15,815 bases of DNA from Oligoflexia bacterium (lineage in GTDB: Bacteria > Bdellovibrionota > UBA1018), in assembly GCA_043732485.1 (NCBI GenBank), contig JAYTHP010000062.1, forward strand, positions 1-15,815, given 5' to 3'. Numbering within the stretch: the first letter of the stretch is position 1; the number at the start of each line of letters is the position of its first letter. Shown here piece by piece: positions 1 through 7,787 of the stretch. The notes under the pieces are model-generated. The model saw only the letters and a program-made list of their open reading frames with translations, was not told the origin of the DNA and ran no database searches. The position numbers and the translations under genes were made by a program.

Positions 1-644
1 CGGCTGACCACCACTGGCTGGTCAGGATCAGATTCAACCGCTGAAACCCCTAACAGCCAGCCTCGTAACTTTTGAGTGAGCTGGGCTGATAAGTTTTTCT
101 TAAAATACCTCAGTCTTACCTCGCCGCCAGCCGCCGCCTCAACCACCACCGGCTCCTCCAGCTCCTCTTCTAATCTCGGCCATTGCGGGCCGATCATGAC
201 ATCCTCAGGACCCTCAAGCAGCACAGAGCCCTCAGCCCAGCCCACACGCACCAGGAGCGCCACACTAGAAAACCAATCGAGGTAAAAAACACTTTTCGCT
301 CGCACAGCCTCCCTCGCCATCCATACTGAAACCTGCTCTAACCCTAAGCTCCGCACTTCCTCCGGAGCAAGCGCAAGGTGAAAGGTCATGCCTGGCACCA
401 ACCCTGGCACCAATCGCGCGCCACTCTCTTCGGCCGCACGGGCGAAGAGCGTTCCGGGACGCATCAAGCCCCAGCCCAGCGCCACCAGCAACACCCAAAA
501 GAAGCAACGTCCGCCCTTCCCCGCTTTTACCCTCATGCGACCGGGTGGTGGGATGTCTTCTAGCAACCGCCGACACCATCGCCCGCCCCTGAGAGTGAGT
601 AAGAGCAAGCGTAGGCAACTCTTTTGCTTCCCAGCGTACTCCAT
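1..644 (-). CDS. Secreted hypothetical protein, paralog A of the tandem 'HLAL' family (3' end outside window)
   Basis: Not in ORF track. Hand translation from ATG at 644 (GGAGG 8 nt upstream) stays open to the window edge: MEYAGKQKSCLRLLLLTLRGGRWCRRLLEDIPPPGRMRVKAGKGGRCFFWVLLVALGWGLMRPGTLFARAAEESGARLVPGLVPGMTFHLALAPEEVRSLGL... The TFHLALAPEE motif matches both neighbouring proteins. Alternative start ATG 536. Confidence 0.85.
   Translation of the reverse strand, partial: MEYAGKQKSCLRLLLLTLRGGRWCRRLLEDIPPPGRMRVKAGKGGRCFFWVLLVALGWGLMRPGTLFARAAEESGARLVPGLVPGMTFHLALAPEEVRSLGLEQVSVWMAREAVRAKSVFYLDWFSSVALLVRVGWAEGSVLLEGPEDVMIGPQWPRLEEELEEPVVVEAAAGGEVRLRYFKKNLSAQLTQKLRGWLLGVSAVESDPDQPVVVS
391..413. 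repeat. 12-bp-period tandem duplication CCTGGCACCAA x2, encoding LVPG-LVPG in paralog A
   Basis: Copies at 391-401 and 403-413. Confidence 0.8.
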
Positions 645-692
645 CAGCTTGTCCTCCAGAAGCGCTTCAAGAAGCCTGCTGAGGCTAGCCGT

Positions 693-1859
693 TTATCCCC
701 CAATCCAGCCATCCGAAAGCTTTCTGAAAAACCTTTTTACCGAACTGCTCACACGCCTCAGCCCTGCTTGCTCACCCGCTTGCTCACCCGCTTCCTCAAG
801 TGCGGCTTGCTTCTGAGCAATGAGCAAGGGCAAAGAGGCGGAACTTAAGAAACCGCGACGGCAGCGAATTTTGCTATCAAAGACATGCAAACGGTAAGGA
901 GGAGCGGGCATCTCTTTTTGCAGTTCCTGCAAGCTAATTTGCCTACCATCGAGATAAACCCGACCTTCTTGAAAATCTTTTTCGGAAAACTCCCGGTGAA
1001 AAATGTTCACCCCCCGATCCAGCAGCGCATTTTGCGCACCTACCGACTCACAGGCTAAATCAGCGTGCACCTGCATGGCAAAAATAGCCGTCCGAATTCT
1101 ACCTAAATCCACTCGGCTCCGGGGCAGCATCACCATTTCTTCCATCCCCGTTCTCCTGGGCGCGGCCTGCAAGCCGAACCACATCGCTGCGCTATATTTC
1201 ACACCCTGCAACAGCTGCTCCCGGTAAGGTCCCACCCCCTGACCCACAGCACGCACTTGCGGAAAAATACCTGTGATCTGCTGCTTCAGCGCTGCCAGGA
1301 AGCGGGTAACCGCAGCCTGAGACCCGCCATAAAGCCTTCCAGTCCAGGTGTCTTGATCTAAAAAACCTGACAATTTCTTTAAAAACACAAAGCCCAGCGT
1401 ATTCACCGCAAAAAAACCTAACGTAGGAGACAGCGAATCAGGCGTCAAAAAAGCCTGATCGCGCTTCATGATCTCAGGCGCGATGTATTGCATTGATTCA
1501 TAATTTAACCAATTCGCCTCTCGCGGTGAAAGCGCCAAATGAAAGGTTTTCTTCGAAACGGACTGGTTTGCACTCTTTTTTGCTCCCCCACCCTTGCCTT
1601 GATCACTTTCATCACGCTCGCCTGCCAGACCGTTTGCCTGCGGGGCGCACTCCTGAGGGGTCACAAGACCTGCAGGCTCGCTAGCTTGAACCACCTTGAT
1701 GCCAAACGCGACTACCATCAACGCCACCGTGCCTGCAAATGTTGCTCGTGGCCTGAGAAGCGGCTTGTCGAGTGCTGTGATGGCAGCAAAAGAACGCGCC
1801 TGAAGTGACCTGCTAGCGTCTTTTGTTTTTCTACTGTTAAAAACATTCAAACTCATCAT
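693..1859 (-). CDS. Secreted hypothetical protein, paralog B (388 aa)
   Basis: Long ORF; GAGAGG ~10 nt upstream of ATG; basic N-region followed by h-region ending VVQA|SE; shares FHLALSPRE and C-terminal F-x-x-G-x-V-(Y/F)-L-(D/N)-G...CRxG(F/Y)xSSASL with 2454..3911. Confidence 0.85.
   Translation of the reverse strand: MMSLNVFNSRKTKDASRSLQARSFAAITALDKPLLRPRATFAGTVALMVVAFGIKVVQASEPAGLVTPQECAPQANGLAGERDESDQGKGGGAKKSANQSVSKKTFHLALSPREANWLNYESMQYIAPEIMKRDQAFLTPDSLSPTLGFFAVNTLGFVFLKKLSGFLDQDTWTGRLYGGSQAAVTRFLAALKQQITGIFPQVRAVGQGVGPYREQLLQGVKYSAAMWFGLQAAPRRTGMEEMVMLPRSRVDLGRIRTAIFAMQVHADLACESVGAQNALLDRGVNIFHREFSEKDFQEGRVYLDGRQISLQELQKEMPAPPYRLHVFDSKIRCRRGFLSSASLPLLIAQKQAALEEAGEQAGEQAGLRRVSSSVKRFFRKLSDGWIGG
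763..798. repeat. Imperfect 12-bp tandem repeat x3 encoding EEAG-EQAG-EQAG near the C-terminus of paralog B
   Basis: cctgcttgctca cccgcttgctca cccgcttcctca. Confidence 0.75.
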
Positions 1860-2097
1860 TTCAGTAAGTACCTCTCAAGCGAACGAAAAAAAGGGCCCCT
1901 GCAACCATCGTCGGAGCAGAAGTAATATCAGAAGACACCAAAACACTCAGCACTGCAAAAACTGCTTCTATCCAGCCGAAAAGCAAAAAACAGAGAGCAA
2001 TCCTCTGCCAAGCCGCTCTTCCCTCTCGTTAAGCTCCATTTTTAAAAATGTGCCCTCTTTTAAAGCACACGCTCTCTGGATTGCGACTTGCTGGCCA

Positions 2098-2126
2098 GTT
2101 GTAAATTATTTGCATTAATTAGTCAA
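2098..2126 (-). promoter_or_regulatory. Putative sigma70 promoter for paralog B
   Basis: Minus strand TTGACT-N17-TACAAC inside a very AT-rich patch (2101-2150). Confidence 0.45.
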
Positions 2127-2453
2127 CATTTAAATAATGTAAAATATTAACCGCAACTTCGACTACTGCTTCTCACTTCCCCAAACTCACGCGAATTTGC
2201 AACCTCCCGAAAACGGCCCCCCGGATCTGCACATCGCCCCAAAGCCCTCAAGCCTAAGCCTTTCGCGCCTGAGAAAAGTAGGATGCAGCAAGGCCTGCCT
2301 TAGGCGCTCCGGAACCTTTTGAGGGCAGTCCCTAGAGGCCCCGTGGTGTCGACGTCAGGGTCAGGCGCCCCTCTCGCTCTGCAACCGAGGATCACAAGCC
2401 GCATCGGTTTAACTCGAGAACTCAAGGACACAGCCCCCCCCTTCTTGCCGAGG

Positions 2454-3911
2454 CTAGCGAATCTTGAAGCGCAGCTGCTCGAGCGAGGCGCTGGAGAAGT
2501 ACCCTGTTCTACAAAACCTTGGATGATCAGTAAAGACCCAAAAAAGGACAGCAGGATCCCTCCCAGGCACCAGCTTTTCAAAATCTGCTCCACTTTGCTG
2601 CACGCCGTTCAAGAAAACCTCCCCACGCTCAAACTCTTCAAGAGTCAGCAATTTCAGCTCAATTTTCGCTTTTTTGCCAGCACCCGGGCTACTACCCGCT
2701 GCAGCCAGCCAGCCGCCGTATTTTTGACAAGTCAAGGCGGCCCGCCTTTCCATCCGAAAAAGCGCCTCTTTCATGAAAAGCTGGTCACGCCAGGAACCCC
2801 AGTAAACGGGCTGCGCCAGCAGCAGCCGCACAGGAAACCACACCACTTGCACCGCAAAAAACGTCAGGCTTTCAAAAGCGAGCAAAACCTTCGTCCTTAA
2901 AAAACGTGCTTCTTTCCCCACAAACGCTGGAGGCTGATTGGCCTGCCAATGCGGAAACATTTCGCACTTTTTCTCATAGAGAAAGCGCAGATTCTCACCA
3001 AAAGCGTCTAACTCCTGGACAGGCGCAGGAGCGGCATGCTCCGCAGCACTCCCTCTCCTGCGCCGACGAAAAAGACTCAACACACTTGTGGACTGCTTAG
3101 GAGGAGCCTTCTTCACCAATGGTTTCCACGGCTTAAGGGTAAAAAAACGATACAAGCGATAAAAAGCCGCCCCATGCATCGCACTGCGCAAAACTCCATC
3201 CGTCCAAGCCAGCGTGTTTTGTCTGCGTAGGAGCCTTCGCCTTGCGGCTATAAAGTTTAACCCTTGCGCCTCCTTAGGCAACAAAGCCAGATGAAGCCCA
3301 GGCTTGTGACACAAGGAAGCGGGCTGCGGCTCAAGTAGCTCTTCGTTTTGACCCTCGTTTTGGCTCTCCTCTGGCTCTTCCTCAGCATTGCTGCAAGCCA
3401 GCTGACTCTCCTGAATCGCCAGATCGCTTTCACCCGACTGATCCACTTGCGCTCCACCATCCTCCCCCAGGCTAAGGTCAATCGCTTCTGCCACTGCTTC
3501 ACTGCCCATTCTATTTCCCTCTACTACCGCGCCTCCCACTTCCCCTGACGATGACAGGCCCTCAGTATCCGGGCACGTCCGGTCGGGGACACTACTCAGC
3601 TGATCAAACGCAACAGCATCTCCTGAAGCTTGAGGGGCTGCCGCTGGGTTTCTCCCAAAGGTCGAATACGCAAGCTCAGCCAAGCGCTTTTTGAAGCGTT
3701 GCCAAGACGCCGTATTTTTCCTTTCTCGTAGTCCAGACTCACTGGCTACCCCGAGAGTTACTTGCAAGCTACTGCACATCATCGCTGCGGCGAGCAGGTG
3801 GCGGAGCCAGCTGCTCGCCGCTTGCATTTTACTCTCTAAATCGCGCAATCGCAAAACGCTCACCTTTCTGCGGTCAGTTCGCATCCAACGTGTACACGCC
3901 CCCCCCCCCAA
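2454..3911 (-). CDS. Secreted hypothetical protein, paralog C (485 aa), with an extra acidic N-terminal region
   Basis: Long ORF; h-region LLAAAMMCSSLQVTLGVA|SE; LHLALLPKE and C-terminal motifs shared with paralog B. Start uncertain (TTG 3911 with AGGA 6 nt upstream, or ATG 3884 or later). Confidence 0.85.
   Translation of the reverse strand: MGGGACTRWMRTDRRKVSVLRLRDLESKMQAASSWLRHLLAAAMMCSSLQVTLGVASESGLRERKNTASWQRFKKRLAELAYSTFGRNPAAAPQASGDAVAFDQLSSVPDRTCPDTEGLSSSGEVGGAVVEGNRMGSEAVAEAIDLSLGEDGGAQVDQSGESDLAIQESQLACSNAEEEPEESQNEGQNEELLEPQPASLCHKPGLHLALLPKEAQGLNFIAARRRLLRRQNTLAWTDGVLRSAMHGAAFYRLYRFFTLKPWKPLVKKAPPKQSTSVLSLFRRRRRGSAAEHAAPAPVQELDAFGENLRFLYEKKCEMFPHWQANQPPAFVGKEARFLRTKVLLAFESLTFFAVQVVWFPVRLLLAQPVYWGSWRDQLFMKEALFRMERRAALTCQKYGGWLAAAGSSPGAGKKAKIELKLLTLEEFERGEVFLNGVQQSGADFEKLVPGRDPAVLFWVFTDHPRFCRTGYFSSASLEQLRFKIR
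3899..3909 (-). repeat. G11 homopolymer at the 5' end of paralog C
   Basis: 11 consecutive C on the plus strand; reads TTG GGG GGG GGG GCG on the minus strand. Confidence 0.85.
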
Positions 3912-4179
3912 GATAAATCCTGCACACTCTAGCCCCCTCTTAGGAGACCTAGCCCAAGAGCCAGGCTGGGAGGCCAGGGCTTAAGCTCCGGCAGTTGCTT
4001 CTCCCCAACCTACTCCCCCAAAGTTACTCCTAAAAAAGTCGCCAGGACTTCACTCAAATCGCACCACCGTAGGCGCTGATGCAACTTTCATCTACCCCTC
4101 CATTCCTCCTGCAGTCAGGGCTCCCTGCAGCCTAGACTCCTTGCAGTAGAAGCACCGCAAAAAAAAAGAAAGGGCCCAA

Positions 4180-4209
4180 TTTGTACATCAGGCGCTAGGC
4201 AGTGGTCAA
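4180..4209 (-). promoter_or_regulatory. Putative sigma70 promoter for paralog C
   Basis: Minus strand TTGACC-N18-TACAAA, resembling the element upstream of paralog B. Confidence 0.35.
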
Positions 4210-4565
4210 CAATAACCTATTCAAAATAGGGGATTTCGCCTCCCGTAAAGAAAGTTAAAGGCTGAGCAGAACAATTAGGTTTTTGCAAAGTGTTTTGAGA
4301 TGAGGTGACATGAGGTAACGAGTACCAACGAGGACAAGTCCCTCAAACTGGAAGGATCGCTAGAAACACCGGGAAAAGAGGAGAGGAAGGAGAGGGAGAA
4401 AAGGAGATCCTCAGAAGGCTTGATCCTACGATGGGGGAAAAAACACAATCAGCTCTCTCAGGCGCTGCAGGTCGCGCGAAAGCCTCTGAAAAAAAGTTTT
4501 TTGACGAGCTTGTTTTTTGCCCTATCTTCTGCTTTCTTACAGACAAAAATCCCAGATTTTTTAAT

Positions 4566-4651
4566 TGGTGCCGAAGGCGAGACTCGAACTCGCACACCCT
4601 TGCGGATACTGGATTTTGAGTCCAGCGCGTCTACCATTCCACCACTCCGGC
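4566..4651 (-). tRNA. tRNA-Leu (anticodon CAA)
   Basis: Reverse complement GCCGGAGTGGTGGAATGGTAGACGCG CTGGA-CTCAAAA-TCCAG ... GCGAG-TTCGAGT-CTCGC CTTCGGC ACCA: acceptor stem, D-loop GG, CAA anticodon, long variable arm, TTCGA, encoded CCA; 86 nt. Confidence 0.97.
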
Positions 4652-4956
4652 TTGTTTTCTGTCCACTCTAGGCTCTAGACTCATGAATTTACGGCTACCC
4701 GATGCTGAGCGAGCCAAAAAGAGAGCTTATTTTCTTGTCTCACCTTATGTCTCGCATCTTGCCTCGCCTTCACTTGAGGACATGCGAGGAACCGTCAAAC
4801 TAGCCCACGAAAAAGAACTGCGCTTCAGGGGATAACCGAAATTTCACGAAAACTCAAGCAAGGAAAGCAGGCAATCAAAAAATCTCGATTTCCATCGCCA
4901 GCACCACGGCAGCCGATTAAGGTGGGCTGATTAAGGCGGTCTTTAGGCGCAGCCTC

Positions 4957-6087
4957 TCAAAGCGACAGAGTCTCTAGCCAATCCCAGGCCAGTAACTCGA
5001 ACTGACCTGACGGGGAGAGCCGATACTGCGCTCCAAGCGGTAGCCCCCTACAGCCTAACTCACTGTGCCCCACCGGAAGCTGACCCAGCACCGGAACCCC
5101 TAACGCCTCTCCAAAACGCACAAAGAGAGCACGTAACGTCGCCGCAGTCTCTAATTGCGCCCGCAGAGGCATCAACTCGCTGGCTGCGGGTTGTCGCAAG
5201 ACGACGCCGCGCTTTTCTTGGGGCGGCGCTTCGCGCAGCACCGAACCCACCCGGTCCTGACAGTTAGAAAACTCACCGACAATGACCGCTTGCAGCCCTC
5301 TCAGCCGACCGACGGTCAGCAGCAGTTGCTGCAAAAGGCGATCCACACGGTAGAGGGCTTCATCGACCTCCTCAAAGAAAAGAAAATAGCCCTCTTCTTC
5401 TGACTGTCTTTGTGACTGCCTATGAAAAGTACTACCCAAAAGAGCATTCCAGACAGTTAAATTGCCACCCAACAGCGTGGCCCGTAAAGCGTCTTGGGGC
5501 GGATTCACCCAGAACTGAAAAGCGCTCTGCTCCCAAGCACAAGGCTGCCACTGCTTCCGCACCCACCCCAGCAGTCGCTGCCACTCTTTTGCAGGTAACA
5601 AGCTGAAGGTTCTTGAGCTGACCATCGGGGCATGCAAGATCGACCACCCCCACTCCCCTCGCACAAACTCAAAAAGAGCGGTAATATCAGAAAATCCAAT
5701 TAACAGTTTTTTAGGCGGCTTTCCCCGGGTCACGGAGGCTGCCACTAAGCCTTCCAGCAGTCGCATCGCCCCATAGCCACCTCGCGCACACCACAGCACC
5801 GAACAATGGGGATCGTAAGCAAAATCTAGAAAGCCCTGCAGGCGACTCGCGTCATCACCGGCAAAAAACAGCGACTGCTCCAAGACTTGCGGATGGAGAC
5901 GCGGATGGAGGCCCGCAAGCCTAAGATGCTCAAGTCCGATTTCAAGCTCAACCCGCGGCACACAGCCTGAGGGAGCCACCACACCAATAAACGCTTCTCC
6001 GCCCGCCTGGTTAGCGCCCGGCGCACCAGGCAACAGCCCCCCCTCGTAACGACTCACACTCACACTCCCTCCCCCCATCCGACTCAC
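4957..6087 (-). CDS. ldcA: LD-carboxypeptidase, peptidase family S66 (LdcA/MccF-like)
   Basis: VVAPS, ARGGYG, IGFSDIT (catalytic Ser), GGNLTV, FEEVDE (Glu) and PVGH (His) motifs. True start may be a few codons downstream. Confidence 0.9.
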   Translation of the reverse strand: MSRMGGGSVSVSRYEGGLLPGAPGANQAGGEAFIGVVAPSGCVPRVELEIGLEHLRLAGLHPRLHPQVLEQSLFFAGDDASRLQGFLDFAYDPHCSVLWCARGGYGAMRLLEGLVAASVTRGKPPKKLLIGFSDITALFEFVRGEWGWSILHAPMVSSRTFSLLPAKEWQRLLGWVRKQWQPCAWEQSAFQFWVNPPQDALRATLLGGNLTVWNALLGSTFHRQSQRQSEEEGYFLFFEEVDEALYRVDRLLQQLLLTVGRLRGLQAVIVGEFSNCQDRVGSVLREAPPQEKRGVVLRQPAASELMPLRAQLETAATLRALFVRFGEALGVPVLGQLPVGHSELGCRGLPLGAQYRLSPSGQFELLAWDWLETLSL

Positions 6088-6171
6088 CGACCCGGGCTGC
6101 CAGCTGATACCCCTGAGCGCTCCACCGAAACCTCAAGACGCTGTCACCCAAGGCAAACTCACACACAACCT

Positions 6172-6390
6172 TTAAAGCTGGAACGTCATTTCATTCAACG
6201 CTAGCACACAGCCTACGACCACCGACCACAAAAAAGTGAGAGCAAGCATCAAGGCCCCTAACCAAACCCTGCCTTGCCGTTTCTTACCCGGGTGGGATCC
6301 AAACAAAAAGGCCGGCTGAACGAGCAAAAGGATGGTCAAATTGATCAATCCCGCTTCAATGGCAAAAATAGTGATGACGGCAACTGGCAT
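6172..6390 (-). CDS. Small membrane protein, two predicted TM helices (72 aa)
   Basis: ATG with AGGA 7 nt upstream; two hydrophobic stretches separated by a basic loop (GKKRQGR); co-oriented between engB and ldcA. Confidence 0.65.
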   Translation of the reverse strand: MPVAVITIFAIEAGLINLTILLLVQPAFLFGSHPGKKRQGRVWLGALMLALTFLWSVVVGCVLALNEMTFQL

Positions 6391-6507
6391 TTTAAATTCC
6401 TGTATCGCACTTTCTGAGCTTTAAGGTCTTTTGTAACGGCCTTTTTTTATCGATACCCTGATCGTAGGGGGAACGCAAGCAAGACCTCAACAAGCGCCGG
6501 CTTGAGC

Positions 6508-7128
6508 TTAGCTCATCGCAATGAGCGCCTTGCGCAGCTCCTCTAAACCCTTCCCAGAAACACTTGAGACCCAAAAGACGTCCTCTTGCGGCACACCCCA
6601 TCCCGCAAGCCATTGCTTCACTTCTGCCCGCCTCAAGGCTCGTTGCGACTGAGTTTTCAAGGTGTCCACCTTGACAAACACCAAAGTCATGGGGATGGCA
6701 GCCGCCCTAAAAAAAGCTAAAGCCTGCAAGTCGCTCGCCGTTGGTCCGTGCCTGGCATCCAAGAGCACCAAGACGCGGGTCAGTTTCTCGTCGGCACGAA
6801 AGTAAAGGGTAATAAATTCTTCCCAGCGCTCCTGCTCCTGCTTCGACGCCTTGGCGTAACCAAAGCCCGGTAGATCGACCAAGATTTTTTTAGCCTCAGG
6901 CCAGCGATAGCAATGAATGGCCCGCGTTTTACCAGGACTGGCGCTGGTTTGCGCTAATCGCACACCCAGTAAGCGATTCAGCAGGCTACTCTTACCAACG
7001 TTAGAGCGTCCGACAAAAGCTACCCGACTCTCCCGGTAGCCTTTTAAATCCCCCTGGCTCATCGGCTGAAAAAGCTCGGCAAACTGCGAGCGATCAGCAA
7101 TGGTAATCAAAAAATGCGGTTGTTGCAC
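6508..7128 (-). CDS. engB: Ribosome biogenesis GTP-binding protein YsxC/EngB (YihA)
   Basis: G1 GRSNVGKSS, TSxxPGKT, G3 DLPGFGYA, LLDARH; GTG start with AAGGAG SD. Confidence 0.95.
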   Translation of the reverse strand: MQQPHFLITIADRSQFAELFQPMSQGDLKGYRESRVAFVGRSNVGKSSLLNRLLGVRLAQTSASPGKTRAIHCYRWPEAKKILVDLPGFGYAKASKQEQERWEEFITLYFRADEKLTRVLVLLDARHGPTASDLQALAFFRAAAIPMTLVFVKVDTLKTQSQRALRRAEVKQWLAGWGVPQEDVFWVSSVSGKGLEELRKALIAMS

Positions 7129-7243
7129 ACATGCTCCTTTGCGCCCAAGGTAAGTCTAGCTCGGTTCCCCCCAAGCCGTCACAGCCGTGGGCTTTTTTTG
7201 CAGTCCTCTGAAAGAGCCTGGGGTTTACGGTTTTCAAGGTGCC

Positions 7244-7273
7244 AGCTGAGCTGAGCTGAGCTGAGCTGAGCTG
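7244..7273. repeat. Perfect pentanucleotide SSR (AGCTG)6
   Basis: Six exact copies, ~115 bp upstream of the engB start. Confidence 0.95.
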
Positions 7274-7517
7274 CTGCCTTAGTGCCGGTGTTTTCGTCAG
7301 TCTTTTGACTCACCTGCAACACACCCGCCCCAAGACAATCTACAGCACAACCCAGCCTCTTGAGAAGCAGAGAATGGCCAAGGATGGCGATTCTCACGAA
7401 AGTGCCTCGCAAAACCCAGGAGCTCCTCCCGCACTCGCTCTACTCCTCAGACACGGGCCAGAAACCCTTTCCAGACAAGACCCAGCCCTGCTTGCCTCCC
7501 CCTCACATCCCCCCCCA

Positions 7518-7603
7518 AAAAAAGACCCACCACTCAACAACACCGTCACCCCACCCCAGCAGCAAGCAAGAGGCCGCAGGTTAGCCGGGGGTGGGTCTTT
7601 TTT
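7518..7603. repeat. Perfect 14-bp inverted repeat AAAAAAGACCCACC...GGTGGGTCTTTTTT, terminator-like on both strands
   Basis: Arms at 7518-7531 and 7590-7603. Confidence 0.75.
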
Positions 7604-7667
7604 GGCAGCTGGGTCATCACACGCTTTTTAGTCAGGCTGTGACAGTCTTTTGCTGCCTTTACAGGAC

Positions 7668-7732
7668 TTGCAGAATTTTTTAAAATCATTCACAATAGAA
7701 CATTGCTCTTCGGTTAAAAAAAGAGTTACAAT
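7668..7732 (+). promoter_or_regulatory. Putative tandem sigma70 promoters for the 873-aa gene
   Basis: TTGCAG-N17-CACAAT (7668-7696) and TTGCTC-N18-TACAAT (7703-7732) in an AT-rich stretch. Confidence 0.5.
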
Positions 7733-7787
7733 AAAAATCTACCCTTCAATACATTGAAATTTTTAATTAAAAAATCCAAAAAAAATC

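Noticed and set aside
265..618. 117-aa minus-strand ORF from the track
   Set aside because: Alternative frame overlapping paralog A, which has the SD, signal peptide and family motif.
645..695. Paralogs B and A are in the same frame, separated by one TAA and 16 sense codons (read-through fusion?)
   Set aside because: Same-frame adjacency is a 1-in-3 chance; A has its own strong SD and signal peptide.
1996..2011. sigma54-like TTGGCAGAGGATTGCT on the minus strand upstream of paralog B
   Set aside because: Only 9 nt between GG and GC; sigma54 requires 10.
2300..2593. 97-aa ORF with a hydrophobic N-terminus
   Set aside because: Overlaps the conserved C-terminal coding region of paralog C in another frame; no independent support.
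3045..3075. FRRRRRG in paralog C as a nuclear localisation signal
   Set aside because: Not conserved in the paralogs; basic runs are common by chance.
4343..4671. Short ORFs across the tRNA
   Set aside because: Shadow ORFs of tRNA-Leu.
4751..4788. Hairpin CTCGCAT..CCTC/GAGG..ATGCGAG between ldcA and the tRNA
   Set aside because: Interrupted stem with no U-tract; no assignable function.
7305..7631. 108-aa Pro-rich ORF in the intergenic region
   Set aside because: TTG start, low complexity and no recognisable motif; cannot be supported, though not strictly excluded.
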